Assembly: GCA_964016885.1 (NCBI GenBank)
Contig: OZ024742.1
Coordinates: 123,876,001 to 123,940,000, forward strand
Source of the DNA: Eledone cirrhosa
Lineage: Eukaryota
Direction: 5' to 3'
DNA length: 64,000 bases
Shown here: one piece after another, positions 29,436 through 43,690 of the stretch
Numbering within the stretch: the first letter of the stretch is position 1
Layout: each line of letters begins with the position of its first letter
The notes under the pieces: model-generated
Told to the model about the DNA's origin: nothing
What the model saw: the letters and a program-made list of their open reading frames with translations, nothing else
The model's database searches: none
Translations under genes and position numbers: made by a program

Positions 29436-30679
29436 AAAGTCATTATTGCATATCATACTATACTGTACAAAACTCCTGTCGCAGAGAATATTGAATATTC
29501 CCTACATATATATAAACGGAATTATTTTAAAAGAGATATTGTATTTCACTCGGTTAAATTGTCACCAAAAGCCTTATAAATATAACGTTTTGATAGAATT
29601 TTATATCACACATATTGCATATCAATATGAGGTGTAAATCATCAAGGAAATTAATATATTTCATCCATGTAGAGCACACAGATTAATTTCGGCAAGCAGA
29701 TATCTGTTAATAAATAATTTATAATTTATAATGTCTTCTTGTGCACTATTATTTCTGATTGCACTGCTGGATTTCATATATATATAATACACATGTTAAA
29801 TATTTCCTTATATCTCCACTATTAACGTATTGTATTTACGGGTTAAGTAAAAAAAGTTTCCTTTATGAAAACGTATAGTATGTGATTAACGTATAATGCA
29901 AATATTACATATATTAAAAGCATTTTCTGCTATGAACTATTGTTCTAAATGAAAGATTAATGAAATCTTATATCACTAGATTACAGAAGTGTTTCATGTT
30001 TCATGAATATAATGACTAAATTATATATAGTTCAAATTACAATTACTGCATAGATAAGGAGACTTTGTTATTTAAAATGATAATGTTCTCTTAATTCCAC
30101 AGAAATATTTTAAATAAAATGTTCATAACTCAATAAAGATTGAATCGATGAATATTATCGTGAAGGCAGAGTGAATATGAAAGGTTTTCTTTCGGTATTT
30201 TCAAATTGTGTTAATTTCAAACTTGATTTAATTATCTGTTTCGATCGACTGTTATCAATCTTGATATAAAACGGCTTTTTGTTTCACACATTGTTTATTA
30301 TTTTATGATGTATCAAAGAAGAAAACGCATTACCTCGTTATTAAAAAAAAGGCAAATTAATTTCAAACTTTAAAATGTATGCAAAGTTTTAATATTTAAC
30401 AGCAATTGCATTTATACTTTTTGTTTTATTCCAACACTTTTCTGCATCCCTCACCCCGATTTCTATATCCCAGTTTTAAAGTTATCTGCAGGAAAGACCG
30501 TTGATGCAATTAACTTTATTTCAAATAGTTTGAAATTAAAAATAGATAAAGGATGTCCAATACTATTATTGAGTTTTTAAGCGAAACATTAGTATGACTG
30601 AAAAAGCAATGTAATTCAATACACACTTTTCGAAAAATCTTATTCTCTCTCATTCCATCTCTCCTTCTCCTTAAATATG

Positions 30680-30711
<32 letters not shown>

Positions 30712-30789
30712 CCATACAGAATGACCATTCTATCCAGTGGTGAACCAACAAACCTAAATAAATATATATATATATATAATTAATATATT

Positions 30790-31378
30790 ATGAAGAAAGA
30801 AGAAACATTAGATATAATTAATAAGATATACAATACCCAAATTCCCATATTACTCCTCGACTACGTAGTTTCGTGGCATATTATGCTAAAATACTACATC
30901 ACAGAGAGACAGTTTTTTGTGAGGTTTGCCGACTTATCAAGAGGTTCCTAATTTATAGTTTCAAAACACATCTGTAGGACGCGAGATAGAATCCCGAAAG
31001 GCGGAGGGGGAGTCAATCACGTGATACAGCGGTCAAGAAATAGAGCTAAGCCTCTGAAAACCAAGAAAAAAATGCCACAAAGGCGGCGGGGTTACTTATA
31101 TCAAAGCCGTAGAAGAGATGGCTAGGATGGCGAGAAGTATGATTAATGATAGTTTTATGATAGCTCATACTTCTCGCCATCCTAGCCATCTCTTCTACGG
31201 CTTTGATATAAATACCCCCGCCGTTTTGTGGTATTTTTTCTTGGTTGTAAGAGGCTTAGATCTGTTTCGTGACCGCTGTATCACGTGATTGACTCCCCCT
31301 CCGCCTTTCGGGATTCTATCTCGCGTCCTACGGATGTGTTTTGAAACTCTAAATTAGGTATCCTCTTGATAAGTCGGA
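30790..31378. mobile_element. Non-coding fold-back element carrying a hammerhead
   Basis: 30929-31142 is the inverse of 31165-31377 with a ~22 nt loop. Left end abuts (TA)n. Confidence 0.85.
30855..30944 (-). ncRNA. Type-I hammerhead, U3-A8 core variant
   Basis: CCUC UUGAUAA GUcGGCA...UGCCAC GAAAC UACGUA GUC GAGG. Confidence 0.75.
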
Positions 31379-31433
31379 CCTACTTAAAAGTGTTAGAGTT
31401 GTTAAAAACGTGTTCTCAATGAGCTAAGCAAGC

Positions 31434-31494
<61 letters not shown>

Positions 31495-31578
31495 CACACA
31501 CATACACACACACATACACCCCCACCCCCCACACCCACACCCACACACCCACACATACACATTCACAAACACCTATAT

Positions 31579-31678
31579 AATTGTTTCTACTTTTGGCACA
31601 ACGCCAGCAATTACCGTGTGGATTACTGGTACTTATTTTGTCGACCCCGTAAGGATAAAAGACAAAGTTAACCTCGGC
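31579..31678 (-). mobile_element. 5'-truncated SINE copy
   Basis: aattgtttctacttttggcacaa..tcgaccccgtaaggat..gttaacctcggc. Confidence 0.75.
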
Positions 31679-31866
31679 TGGATTAGTCCAACATAGGAAG
31701 ATAGAATGTGAGATAGAAATAAAAGGATAAATGAGAATAGGGAAAGAAGGAAAACGCAAAAAAACGACAATTAACATAACTGTACATATACGCTGTAAAC
31801 GATAGCTATTGTATTTAATAAAATATGTCCAAATAATATCACTTTAATAAGCACTAAAATTTGATA

Positions 31867-31954
<88 letters not shown>

Positions 31955-32041
31955 CCACAACGCCACCCATTAAGAGGATTTTTTTAAAGCCTAGCATAAT
32001 AATTCTATTTAGTCAGATACGGCGTAAGCACATACTACAAA

Positions 32042-32100
<59 letters not shown>

Positions 32101-32292
32101 CTTTCACCTGCTGGTATTCGTCGTTGTAGTTATGTACTATGGCTACATACACCTCGCATCCATTGTGCCACCCTTATATATGTTTATGTCTTTACACTGA
32201 TCGAGGAATTTCATGAGTGTCTCAAATAGTTATACTTCGACTGGGGTCTGCCCTAGTGAGATTTCACCTTCTCTCTATATATATCTCTCTCT

Positions 32293-32358
<66 letters not shown>

Positions 32359-32408
32359 AGTAAGTATGTTTTGAAACAGTGAGCAGGTTTGAAATTAGAA
32401 AATAGAAT

Positions 32409-32595
32409 AGCTTTCAGCGTATTTTTGAATAAAGGAATTTTAGCCTGATAATGGGGTTTAGAACCCTCAGATAAATGGAAAAAGATGAGTATTGACGTAC
32501 ATGTACGTCAATACTCAACTTTCCACATTTATCTGAGGGTTCTAAACCCCATTATCAGGCTAAAATTCCTTTAGTAAAAAATACGGTTAAAGCTA
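32409..32595. repeat. Near-perfect ~190 bp palindrome between (TA)n tracts
   Basis: Symmetric about tacatgta at ~32501: aaaggaattttagcctgataatggggtttagaaccctcagataaatg and its exact inverse. Confidence 0.85.
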
Positions 32596-32602
32596 TATAT
32601 AT

Positions 32603-32677
<75 letters not shown>

Positions 32678-33194
32678 GGTATGCCCTAGTGAGTTTTCAG
32701 CTTCTCTATATATATATATATATATATCTATTTATATAAATATAAATTCAGTGAGAATCGCATTTCACCCGGTGGAAAAATCGAAACCTAACGCAGATTC
32801 CGAATAATGCTGGCAAGCGCTTCATGGGCTAAATAGACCAGAGCTATAAACATAAGTTATAAAGGCCGTACAAACTGAGAAGGTGATCAAGAAGCCATTA
32901 ACCACCTAAGCCAACAAAAAAACGATAAACGCTAAACGGGTCAGACAATATAACTGACATATTCACCCGGACCCATGGAAATTGATGGTATAATCAAATA
33001 CAGGGATTCTGCGACACCTAAATCAAAATACTGCTTAGAACAATAAGCCTTTGGTATAATGATCGAACGAGGAATATCATGTTATCAACAGGTATTTGGT
33101 TTTACGCCAATGTTGTGGATGACACAATTTTTTGTAAAAGCACATGTGTAACTCACAGGGGAAAAAACCCAGATCTCTTTATATATATATATAT

Positions 33195-33273
<79 letters not shown>

Positions 33274-34632
33274 TATGGGGTCTGCCCTAGTGATATCTCC
33301 CTTGATATATATATATGTATGTATGTATAAATATAAGGCGTTAAATAAAATATATTTTCAATATTATTTGCATTAATTTTCTTTAAAAAAATTATATTTT
33401 ATCCTAAGTATAACTCTCTTATCGTCAGTATACTCAGTAATTATTTATTTTTGAAGAAGTGAAAAGAACGAAATATATATTATATGATATATATTTTAGA
33501 AATAATTTGTGTGTGTGTGTGTGTATGTGTGCGTGTGTGAGTCTGTGTGTTTCTAAAAATCTCAAGTTTTGTTTATCAATGTATATTTGAAATACTATTA
33601 ATGCTGTTGTGGATATTTTGATTAAAGTATCTGTGCAACATCAAATCTAATAAACATTTATAGTTGTATGAACACTGAATAACAATATTAATGGCCGCTG
33701 TTAAATAGCATTTTAACTTCAAAAGTAACTAAAGCTGACTTTTAAACTAAAAATGTTAGACTGTAATTAGTAGCATTTTAAGAAAACAAAGGAATATGAA
33801 TTCTGAAATGTTTATGACTAGAGAAAAACATTGAATATTTCTCAGTAAATTCCCTTATCATTATATACTGCGAATCAAATTGAATTCACAAAGAACCATT
33901 TATAAACCGAACTGACAAAAAAGGTTTCTGTGTTCACAATAAATTTGTTTTATTTTCATTCAGACAATGTATCAAAACAACTCGCTTCTAAAGGGCAACG
34001 GCTCCAGTATTATTTGCTTCTTTTTATTAATAATTGAAAAGATCTCCCAAAGAAAATATAACATAATGAGAAGAATAACATCACATTTAAAATAAATACA
34101 CTAACTCCACATGACCTTCAAAATTATATGAGCAAGTCTTGTTTTTGAAGTTAATAAAATCGTTGAACGAAATATTGTCTTATATTCATCACGATTTAAA
34201 TTCACTATAATTCCCTAAAATTCTATTTACAACGATGTTTATTACATTTGAAATATTTTGATTAAACGCTTCAATCTATAAGTTGCACAGTTATTACACA
34301 GTACGACTTTATACCGACAATTGTATTCAACTAAATTTGTTTAACAGCTGTTGAAACAAATAACGATAGGATACTTAGATTTAATACAAACCAAATCGTT
34401 CAGAAAATTTGGATAATAAACAGTAACTTTGTAAAAGGAATTTATAGTTGGAATATTCGAATACAGCTTATAACTATATGTTCTCAACCAAGAAACACTT
34501 CTCCATCTGTACAGCTAATACATGATCCCAAGCACATGTATCCACTATCTATTTGAAAATGTATCTGGTATCATATTTTGAGGAGTCCTGTTATTTAGTA
34601 CGATCGTTCTAAATACCAGGACACACACACAT

Positions 34633-34668
<36 letters not shown>

Positions 34669-34677
34669 ACACACACA

Positions 34678-34824
<147 letters not shown>

Positions 34825-35446
34825 ACATGTGCATACTTACATTTATGCATCAGCTGTGCTAGGACGAGAAATAAAATTGTGATTTTATCATTCAATATAT
34901 ATTTTATATGTACCCATGAAACAGAAATTTTGTATATTTTTGCTCCTATTTTTAAAATTAGTTGAGAGGCCTTAATACGTTGCGCTTGGAGCTAGTTTTA
35001 GTATTCTTTACGGCCGGTTCTGAATATCTGTCTTTCTGTTAAATGTTACATTAACACAATGATTTTTAGCAGTTTGTATAGTAGATGATGCACAACCATA
35101 GATGACAGAAAGCTTGAGCTTAGGATAAAAATGACCAAACTCGATATTTGCGGATTGATACTAATTACTAAAATCGATGGTTTGCGACATTTCTTCGATT
35201 TCTAGAAACAGTTTTGGTTAGGAATTTACATATAATTTTACCATCTTGAAGTTAGTATAATTACTTAGAAATTAAATGTTCTTTATATATGTACAAAATA
35301 CGAGTAGTTTCTCAAGTGATAGTATCGATATATATTCTTTAATATAATGTTTAAAATCGTTATTGAAAAACACAATCAATATACTGTATATTAAATATGT
35401 ATCGATTAAACCTAAATTTAGTCTCTCTATATATATATATATATAT

Positions 35447-35520
<74 letters not shown>

Positions 35521-35753
35521 ATGTGTGTGTGTGTGTGTGTGTGTGAGTGTGTGTATGTATATATATATATATATATAATATTAAGGATACTATTTATAGT
35601 TATATATATTTTAAACTATAAACAAGGAAGGTCAGTAATTTATTACTACCTTATTACCAGTAAGATAAATAGCTCAGTGTAAGAACATGAGTTGTTCTAC
35701 AGAGCATTTATATAGAATTCACAAGAATCAAAGTTATGTTCAAAACATTTATT

Positions 35754-35800
35754 CACTTACAATTGTTTCATCCAAACCTAGGCTTGAATTCTTCGGAGCA
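35754..35800 (-). ncRNA. Hammerhead-like motif, U4C variant, in 3' pLTR
   Basis: UGCU CCGAAGA AUUCAAGCcuagGUUUGGAU GAAAC AAUU GUA AGUG. Stem I includes G-U pairs. Confidence 0.65.
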
Positions 35801-38800
35801 TTTTTTAATGCATGTACATGTAATTGACCTCCTATCCAACGCAAGAGACAGACAGATTCATATACATATATCGATGTACAGTGGAGTGACATATATTATA
35901 CTATAGTATATTTGTATAGCAATTCAAATTTAGAATCAAAATTAAAATGCATGCGGCAGATAACACAGATAATGCAAGAGAATAGTCAGATAATCAGATC
36001 TAGTGTTTGCGTTAGTCATACATGGAGCATGCAAGTGTCTCTCATTTATAAGGAGTATTGTGTGGCAAGTTATTATGTGTAATACAAGCACTTTAAGCCT
36101 GTAAGCAAGAGTATTATGGTGGTTGTAGTAGGAGGGTATTTTCTTTATAGATCAAATAAGTATGTGTGCAGGAAAAGAAAAAGAAAAAGAAATTTATAGT
36201 TTTCACATCAACCACCATTTTCACATCCAGAAAAAGGAAGTTATAGTTTTCACATCCATCACATATGTTACGATGAATTCGTATTGAATGTTTGATGTAG
36301 TAAGTGATTGTAACGTATTGAGGCTCAGTGTTATTTAATCCATATTTATAGAATAGGTTCTTTCTGCTGCGAGAATTTACAGCGGATTATTATCCGGCAG
36401 TAGGTATGCAATTAAGGGGAGTTAATGCGTAAGGGGAGGTCACTAGTTGATTCTCATGACTAAATTCATTGTTCTTAACATACATTATATGGTGCCTCAT
36501 TTGAGTCCGCTATATAAAAGGTTATATATTTATATTTAATTTAAATACAGTCTACTCTATCATAATGTATTAAAGGTATCTATATGAAGTTGATTACTCC
36601 TTATTATATAGCGCTATAATTGAATTTCTCACACAAAGTGCTATATCCTTATATCAAATTCACTTTAAATACAGTCTACTCTCAAAACATATCAAAGGTC
36701 CAATTAGATTGTTGTCTACTTAACCTTTGGTAAGATATGGAGCAGTATACGGCTGTTTGCATGATAAAATTAGATACATCTCTTGGGTAAACAAATACAT
36801 CCTCCATATACAATGTCATTAATCTATCCATTAAGTTATACATACATATATAATTCATGAATAATTCATTGTACCACAATACATATAAGTTAGTCAGATC
36901 CCTTGTGTTAATAAATTAATCCTATATATATCCAATGTTATTACTCTATACATTTAATTACAAATGCATGTATAAATCATTATTGTATCTAGTATTTAAA
37001 GTTTATATAAACTGTATTATATTTCAATTAAAAGTAATTAAAAGTAATTAAAAGTAATTAAAAGTAATTGTATTAAAAGTTGGTGTTTATGGGGATATTT
37101 CTTGGGTATAAAGTTATAGATAGATAGATAGATAGAATGATTTGTGTGGAGGAAAGGGTGGATCTGAGAGTGTGGTGTAGTTGGTGTAGTGGTGGAAGTC
37201 AAGCCCTTGAGGTGCGGTGTTAAAAGTGTTGATGAGTTCAAATCTGACATTGTTATATATTAGGTGTAAATCTTTGGAAGGAGTGTCGGAAGCGGTGCTG
37301 GCACGACGCGCACACTTCGGATTTGTTATTAAGGAGGTTAATGTTCGAAAAGATTATAGTATGAGTCTTTAGTACACAGAGGTTACAAGATTTATTAGGT
37401 GGTTTGTACCATGCCGCCTTACCTATCACTTCCCATTGAAGTGTATATGATCTATTCCTAGTTTTCAGATAGTGTATGTAGCTAGATAGTGAAGTGGAGT
37501 TGGCTAGACTGTGTTTTTTGAAAGAATCGAGATGTGAGTTGTATCTCGTTTTGAAGCAGTTCGAAGTAGAGCCTATATAGGTTTCAGAAGAGTTGCTAGT
37601 TCTAACAGTGCATGAGTAGATGATGTCCTTGATTAAGCAGTTTTTACCTAAAGTGTAGGTTCTATTAGATCTACAGTTACATTTATGTTGGATGTTAACC
37701 TGTCGGTTATTATGTTGTGTCGAAGTCAGGTTGCTAGGTATTGCATTATGGCTATGAATGTTGTCACTCCTAATGCTATTGATTTCATTAGTGTTATTAC
37801 TATTATTACTATTGATATCAGGGTTTGTAGTTATTACGTTCTTTTGAAAGTTTACCCCCTGCTGTGTTTTAGTTTGTTGAAAGTAAGTATTAATCTTTCT
37901 TTTATTGCTACTAGCTATGTGGTATGCTATGTTAGGCGTGGTAGAGTAGGAGATTTTAATGGTGTTTTTATTTATAAGACTATGGTACTTGTGGCCAGAT
38001 GGGAAGTTTTTATCCAGGATTGAGAATAAAGCCTTAGGTAGGTTGGTAGAGACATTTATATTGAAAAGGGGGGTTGAAAAATGTATTATTTCTTCTATTT
38101 TTGTTTTATTTATCTGTTGATGTGTTTCCGTTCATAGTATTTTGGTGTCTTCTCTGGTGCGAGTTACGTTTGATGCTACCCTTCGTGTTAGTGTGTTTGT
38201 GGTTATTATTTTTATTACTATTTTTCCTCATGGACATATTGTGAGAAATAATGTTGTAACTATGTGTTTTTATAGGTAGGAACTCAATCTCATTATTATG
38301 GCCTGATCTAGCTAATGCCTGATTATAGTATTGTGAATTTTTGCTAAATATGGTTTCCTCATGAGATAGATTAGAGATTCTATTGGATATTCCTTTAGAG
38401 ATAGAGTTTAATATTGATCTAGGGTGGTTAGACTTGGCATCTACATAAATTAGTTTTTCGTTAGGTTTATGCAATGGTGTATATATTTTAGAGTCTAGGT
38501 AAAGGGTAGCATCAAGGAAGTTAACGTTTTTAGTGTTTTTGTCTATGGTGATACTTACGTTATAGTTTTTGAAAGGTTTATGTAATAGTTTCCTAGTTCT
38601 TTATATATTAAATTTTGTATAGTCTATAAGGAGTAGTGCATCATCGCGGTACAAACCACCGTTGAGGTATGGTAGGTCCTTATGGATTTCATTTAGTAGG
38701 TATAGGCCCACCAAGTCAGTGATCTGCGCCGAGTCACTAGATCCCATAGTTATGTCAAAGTTGTTATGCGTATCCTTGCGGGTCCATAACTGATCTTCAA

Positions 38801-39940
38801 ATGTGATTACGGTTTTACGGGCCGCAAGTATGACATCAATATGGGGTCTAGTCAGGTCACTATTGTCCATAGCCATAATTAGTGCCTTATTTAATAGGAT
38901 AGGGGAAATAGAGGAGTAGTATGAATTGATATCAAACTGAATACAATTTTTATGTTTCTTCTATTTAATATCCTTAAACCATTCAATAACTTCCCCCGTT
39001 TTTCCCCACTGTTTAAGGTATATTTTGTGTTTAAACTGTGGGATGATTTTATCTAAAATTGTGTTACTGATAATGCCAATTTCAGATTTCGGAAGGGCAG
39101 ATTAGTTTAATCGAAGGGTTACTAATGAAACCTTACTTATGGTCCTTCAGAGAGAATTTAGGGGGGGGGGTAGGAGTGTATGGTTGTGTATGTCTCTGAA
39201 GTCCAAATTTGGACACTATATTACGGCCTTCCAAATTAATATCTCCTATGTTTTTCATAGTAGTGTTCTTATAGCTCCTGTGTAGTTCTTTATATATAAA
39301 TTGTCTCTATGTATCATAATCTAGGCTGTATATGTTATTAGTTTTGTCCGCATGCACAATAATTTTACTACTTGTTTTGAATCCATTAATAGAGGAGTTA
39401 AGTTTGTTTAAGAAGGTGTTGTTTCTATTATGATGCTTATAGTATTTAATGTTCTTAACTAGTTTTATTAGGTCATTTTCAAAGGAGTTTAGTAGTGCGT
39501 TGTGAGGGGGGCTTCTAAAAGTTTTAAAGCCGAAGGAGTCGAATTTGTTAGTATCATCAATTTTGTTAGATCTGTTTTTTATCAGAATGGAATGTCCTCC
39601 ATCTCACTCTATTGATAAAGGAGTTGACACTATTGATCAATAATTGTTCGCATGTATCTTTGAATGGTATTGTTATGTTCTTAGTTGACATAGGAAGTTG
39701 GTCTTTGATCAGCATACTGGTAATTTAATGTATATTAGCTCAACAGTATGGAGCAGTTAATGATATTAAGGATACTATTTATAGTTATGTATATATATTA
39801 AACTATAAACAGGGAAGATCAGTAATGTATTACTACCTTATTACCAGTAAGATAAATAGCTCAGTGTAAGAACATCAGTTTTTCTACAGAGCAGTTATAT
39901 AGAATTCACAAGAATCAAAGCTATGTTCAAAACATTTATT

Positions 39941-39987
39941 CACTTACAATTGTTTCATCCAAACCTAGGCTTAGATTCTTCGGAGCA
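39941..39987 (-). ncRNA. Hammerhead-like motif, U4C variant, in 5' pLTR upstream of the PLE ORF
   Basis: Same motif as 35754-35800, ~230 nt upstream of the ORF start. Confidence 0.65.
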
Positions 39988-40580
39988 TTTTTTAATGCTT
40001 GTACATATAATTGACCTCCTATCCAACGCAAGAGACATACAGATACATATATATATATATCGATGTACAGTGGAGTGACATATATTATACTATACTATAT
40101 TTGTATAGCAATTCAAATTTAGAATCAAAATTAAAATTAAAATACATGCGGCAGATAACACAGATAATGCAAGAGAATAGTCAGATATCAGATCTTTATA
40201 TAAGAGTATTGTGTGGCAAGGTATTATGTGTACTACAAGCACTTTAAGCGGGTAAGAAAGATTATTATGGTGGTTGTAGTGGGATGGTATTTTTATATAG
40301 ATCAAATAAGTATGTGTGCAGGAAAAGAAAAAGAAAAAGAAAGGAAGTTATAGTTTTCACATCCATCACATATGTTACGATGAATTTGTATTGAATGTTT
40401 GATGTAGTAAGTGATTGTAACGTATTGAGGCTCAGTGTTATTTAATCCATATTTATATAGGTTCTTTCTGCTGCGAGAATTTACAGCGGTTTATTATCCG
40501 GCAGTAGGTATGCAATTAAGGAGAGTTAATGCGTAAGGGAAGGTAACTAGCTGATTCTTATGACTAAAATTGTTCTATAT

Positions 40581-40680
<100 letters not shown>

Positions 40681-40807
40681 TTCTTGCGTTGGATAGGAGG
40701 TCAATTATATGCACAATCATTAAAAAATGCTCCGAAGGACCAAGCCTAGGTTTGGATGAAACAATCGTAAGTGAATAAATATTTTGAACATAGCTTTGAT
40801 TCTTGTG

Positions 40808-40849
<42 letters not shown>

Positions 40850-41784
40850 AAAACAAGAAATGACCAAACAAAAGGATGCATTGACATAAAGTCGTATTAC
40901 TTTCACGCTTAAGAGAAGGGCAATGAATTACACATGGCATTTCCCCTTATCAGAAACCACAGCGTCCAGAGTGTAGAAAAGGCAGGAAAGAAACAAAAAA
41001 AAAATGTCCAAGAATATGCACACAAACACGCATGAATATGTGTACACAACCATACACCCGTATTCCTGTGTACGCACTTGTGTGTGAGCGTGCCCATGTA
41101 TGTGTGTATTTAGAGGGATGTGTATTGTGAGGTTGCTTGTCTGAGTGTTTCCTCGGGTGTGGTGGATGGGTTTTCGTATCAAGTAAGATCCGAGATGGAT
41201 TTTCCTATTCAGGTTGTTAAGTCAGAAGTGTATAGAGGTGAGGTTTAGAGTGGAACAGAAAATAATTGCGGGTGAGTGTAACCGAGAAAGTGTTTGTTTG
41301 TGTGTGTGTGTGTGGGGTGTGTGTGTGCGTGTGTGTGTGTGTGCGTGTGCGTGTGCGTGTGCGTGTGTGTATGTGTGTGCGTGTATGTGTGAATGTGTGA
41401 TTGTGCGCGTGTGGCCTTTGGTGGTAGTAGAGTAATAAGGGAGGACTAGGTGGTGGATGCCTTTATTACCGTCAGCAGGCAAATATATCGTAGAGAACAG
41501 GAATTTAAGTGTTTAGTGCGTGAGGGATTTTATAGATAATCTGGATGGTAGACGAGAATCGGTGTGACAGAATGGGAGCTGCCAGGGCGAATGGTATGCA
41601 TGGTATTGCGTTGGTAGTATTGGTGGTTGGGTGGGTGATTGTAGTTGTGGTAGCAAAGGTGTTGATGCGGGTTCTGATTAAGGTGATGGAGGTGATGTTG
41701 GATGTGTTTTTGTCAGAGTGTGTTTTTATACTTTTTGTGGTTGTAAGGGCAATGTTGGTGATGCGTGCGGGCGCAATTGCACAA

Positions 41785-41878
<94 letters not shown>

Positions 41879-42430
41879 TGATGGATAATCATACGGAGAA
41901 ACAGCTTCTCTTTGATAATATAGATTTAGTGTTACGTGACCTCGGACATATTTATTTAACCCTTGAGATTCTGGGATATAATTCTATTTATCGAAGGCAA
42001 GGTAAATTAATCGCAGTCTAACCAGTAAGCCATGCGCCTTTCCATGCGTGAATTAATAGACTCTTATTTGATTTTTACTCTAGTAATGCTATTTCATTGT
42101 TGTAACAGTAGTATTATGTCAGTGACTCATTACTAGTGCACACAGAGAGTGAAATATAAAACCTGTCCTTGTGGACTGGTCACACACATGAGTTTGGAAG
42201 TCTAAGAAGTAATTCCTTAAAGAATACAAAGATTAAACATGTGTTATAGGTGCACTCAGTTTGGCCCCACAAACGATGGTGAAGGAGCGTACATACTGTT
42301 TTGGGAAAACACCCCCATTATGTAGTTATTTGCTGAGATTTTCAAAGCTGCCCTCTCCGCTCTCGAGGGAAAGATATTGTCGGGCGAAACCTAATCATTT
42401 TAATCTCCTTTTGAAACCTAATGCTGTAAT

Positions 42431-42464
<34 letters not shown>

Positions 42465-43200
42465 GGGGGGGGGGGGCGTTGTGTGTGTGTGTGTGTGTTT
42501 GTTTGTGTGTTTGAGTATGTGTATGTATGTGTGTGTGATAGTGTGTATTTAGCACTATTTTTTATCTGCCCAAGTACATTTGGTATTGAAAATGTAAATT
42601 CCTGGAATACCCATTTGTTAACACTAGCATTTCAGGAAGAACTAAAAAAGAACATAACAATAAATCTCAACAATGTTTCCTAATTAAATTAGATTCGAAT
42701 TACCTTTTGTACATAACTTTTTATCCTGCAACACACTATGAATTGCTCTGACAAATAAAACCGTTCCTCTATTATTTAAGTAATTTCAAACACTTCAAAA
42801 AATGCATTCGATCAAAGTTCTGTTCAACTCTGATCCAAAGAAAAAGTTTAATCCAATGAAAGAAAAAATACGAAAAGAATAATGTGTTAATTTAAAATAG
42901 ATTGAGTGGAAAATCGATATAATTTGTTTGTACCGATCGATTAAGTTGAATGCGTTTAAACCTTTGATTCTCTCAGGCATCGTTGTGCTATCTCACACAT
43001 CCTGTTGTTGACAGGCCTATTTGTATTCAATATCTCTCTTCTTATATACTTAAATAATCAATGCGTATTTATGTATTTTGTTATTTCATTTCATTTCAAT
43101 CAATTATTTGGAAATTATATATTTTATTTTTCATAATGTTCTATAGTACTGTTCTTAAAATAACTTTCAAATAATATTATTAAAATGTTTTTTGTTGCAG

Positions 43201-43296
43201 ATACAAATAATGGCATACAATGTTGACCTTTATCCAACGCCAAAAAACGCATCACAGCGAGTTAAAGGAATGGCAATATTAACAGCATTTCTTGAA
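43201..43296 (+). CDS. Next exon of the CARP (CA10-like) gene
   Basis: Acceptor ttgcag and donor gtatgt. 96 nt, phase 0-0. IQIMAYNVDLYPTPKNASQRVKGMAILTAFLE continues in frame from GE and resembles CA10 VQLIHYNHELY.N..EA...PNGL.VVSIF. Confidence 0.9.
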
Positions 43297-43364
43297 GTAT
43301 GTAACAGATTCTACATTACTTTCTATTTACTTAATACTTTCTTGTTGTGAGATAACTAGGCCTA

Positions 43365-43690
43365 TGTAAATAGGTCAACGATCCAATATTAAAACTGGTA
43401 CTACTATTCTGATTTCTGTTATCTCTTTCGATATCGATAGTGTATGTCATTCATATTAATATCTGTGTGTTGTGAGGGTAATACTTAAAATATCATATAT
43501 ATGTATCTATATGTATGTATATATATATATATAATATTCCAAGTATTCCATGTATATATATATATATAATATTCCAAGTATTACCCAAACAACACACAGA
43601 TATCTAAATGAATAACATACATTATCTATATCGAAAGAGATAACAGAATATTAGTATCAGTTTTTATATACGATTGTTGACCTGTTTACA
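43365..43690. repeat. Fold-back with ~130 bp arms just downstream of the 43201 exon
   Basis: tgtaaataggtcaac..ttctgttatctctttcgatat..atctgtgtgttg..gggtaatactt is mirrored at 43575-43690. Confidence 0.8.

Noticed and set aside
32242-33305. CRISPR-like repeat-spacer array
   Set aside because: Spacing is hundreds of bp and irregular, the context is eukaryotic and there are no cas genes.
40880-40965. Hammerhead-like CUGAUAA..GAAAG on the minus strand; similar traces at ~45700, ~60660 and ~61025
   Set aside because: Core mismatches and no convincing stem I; at best decayed relics, so not counted.
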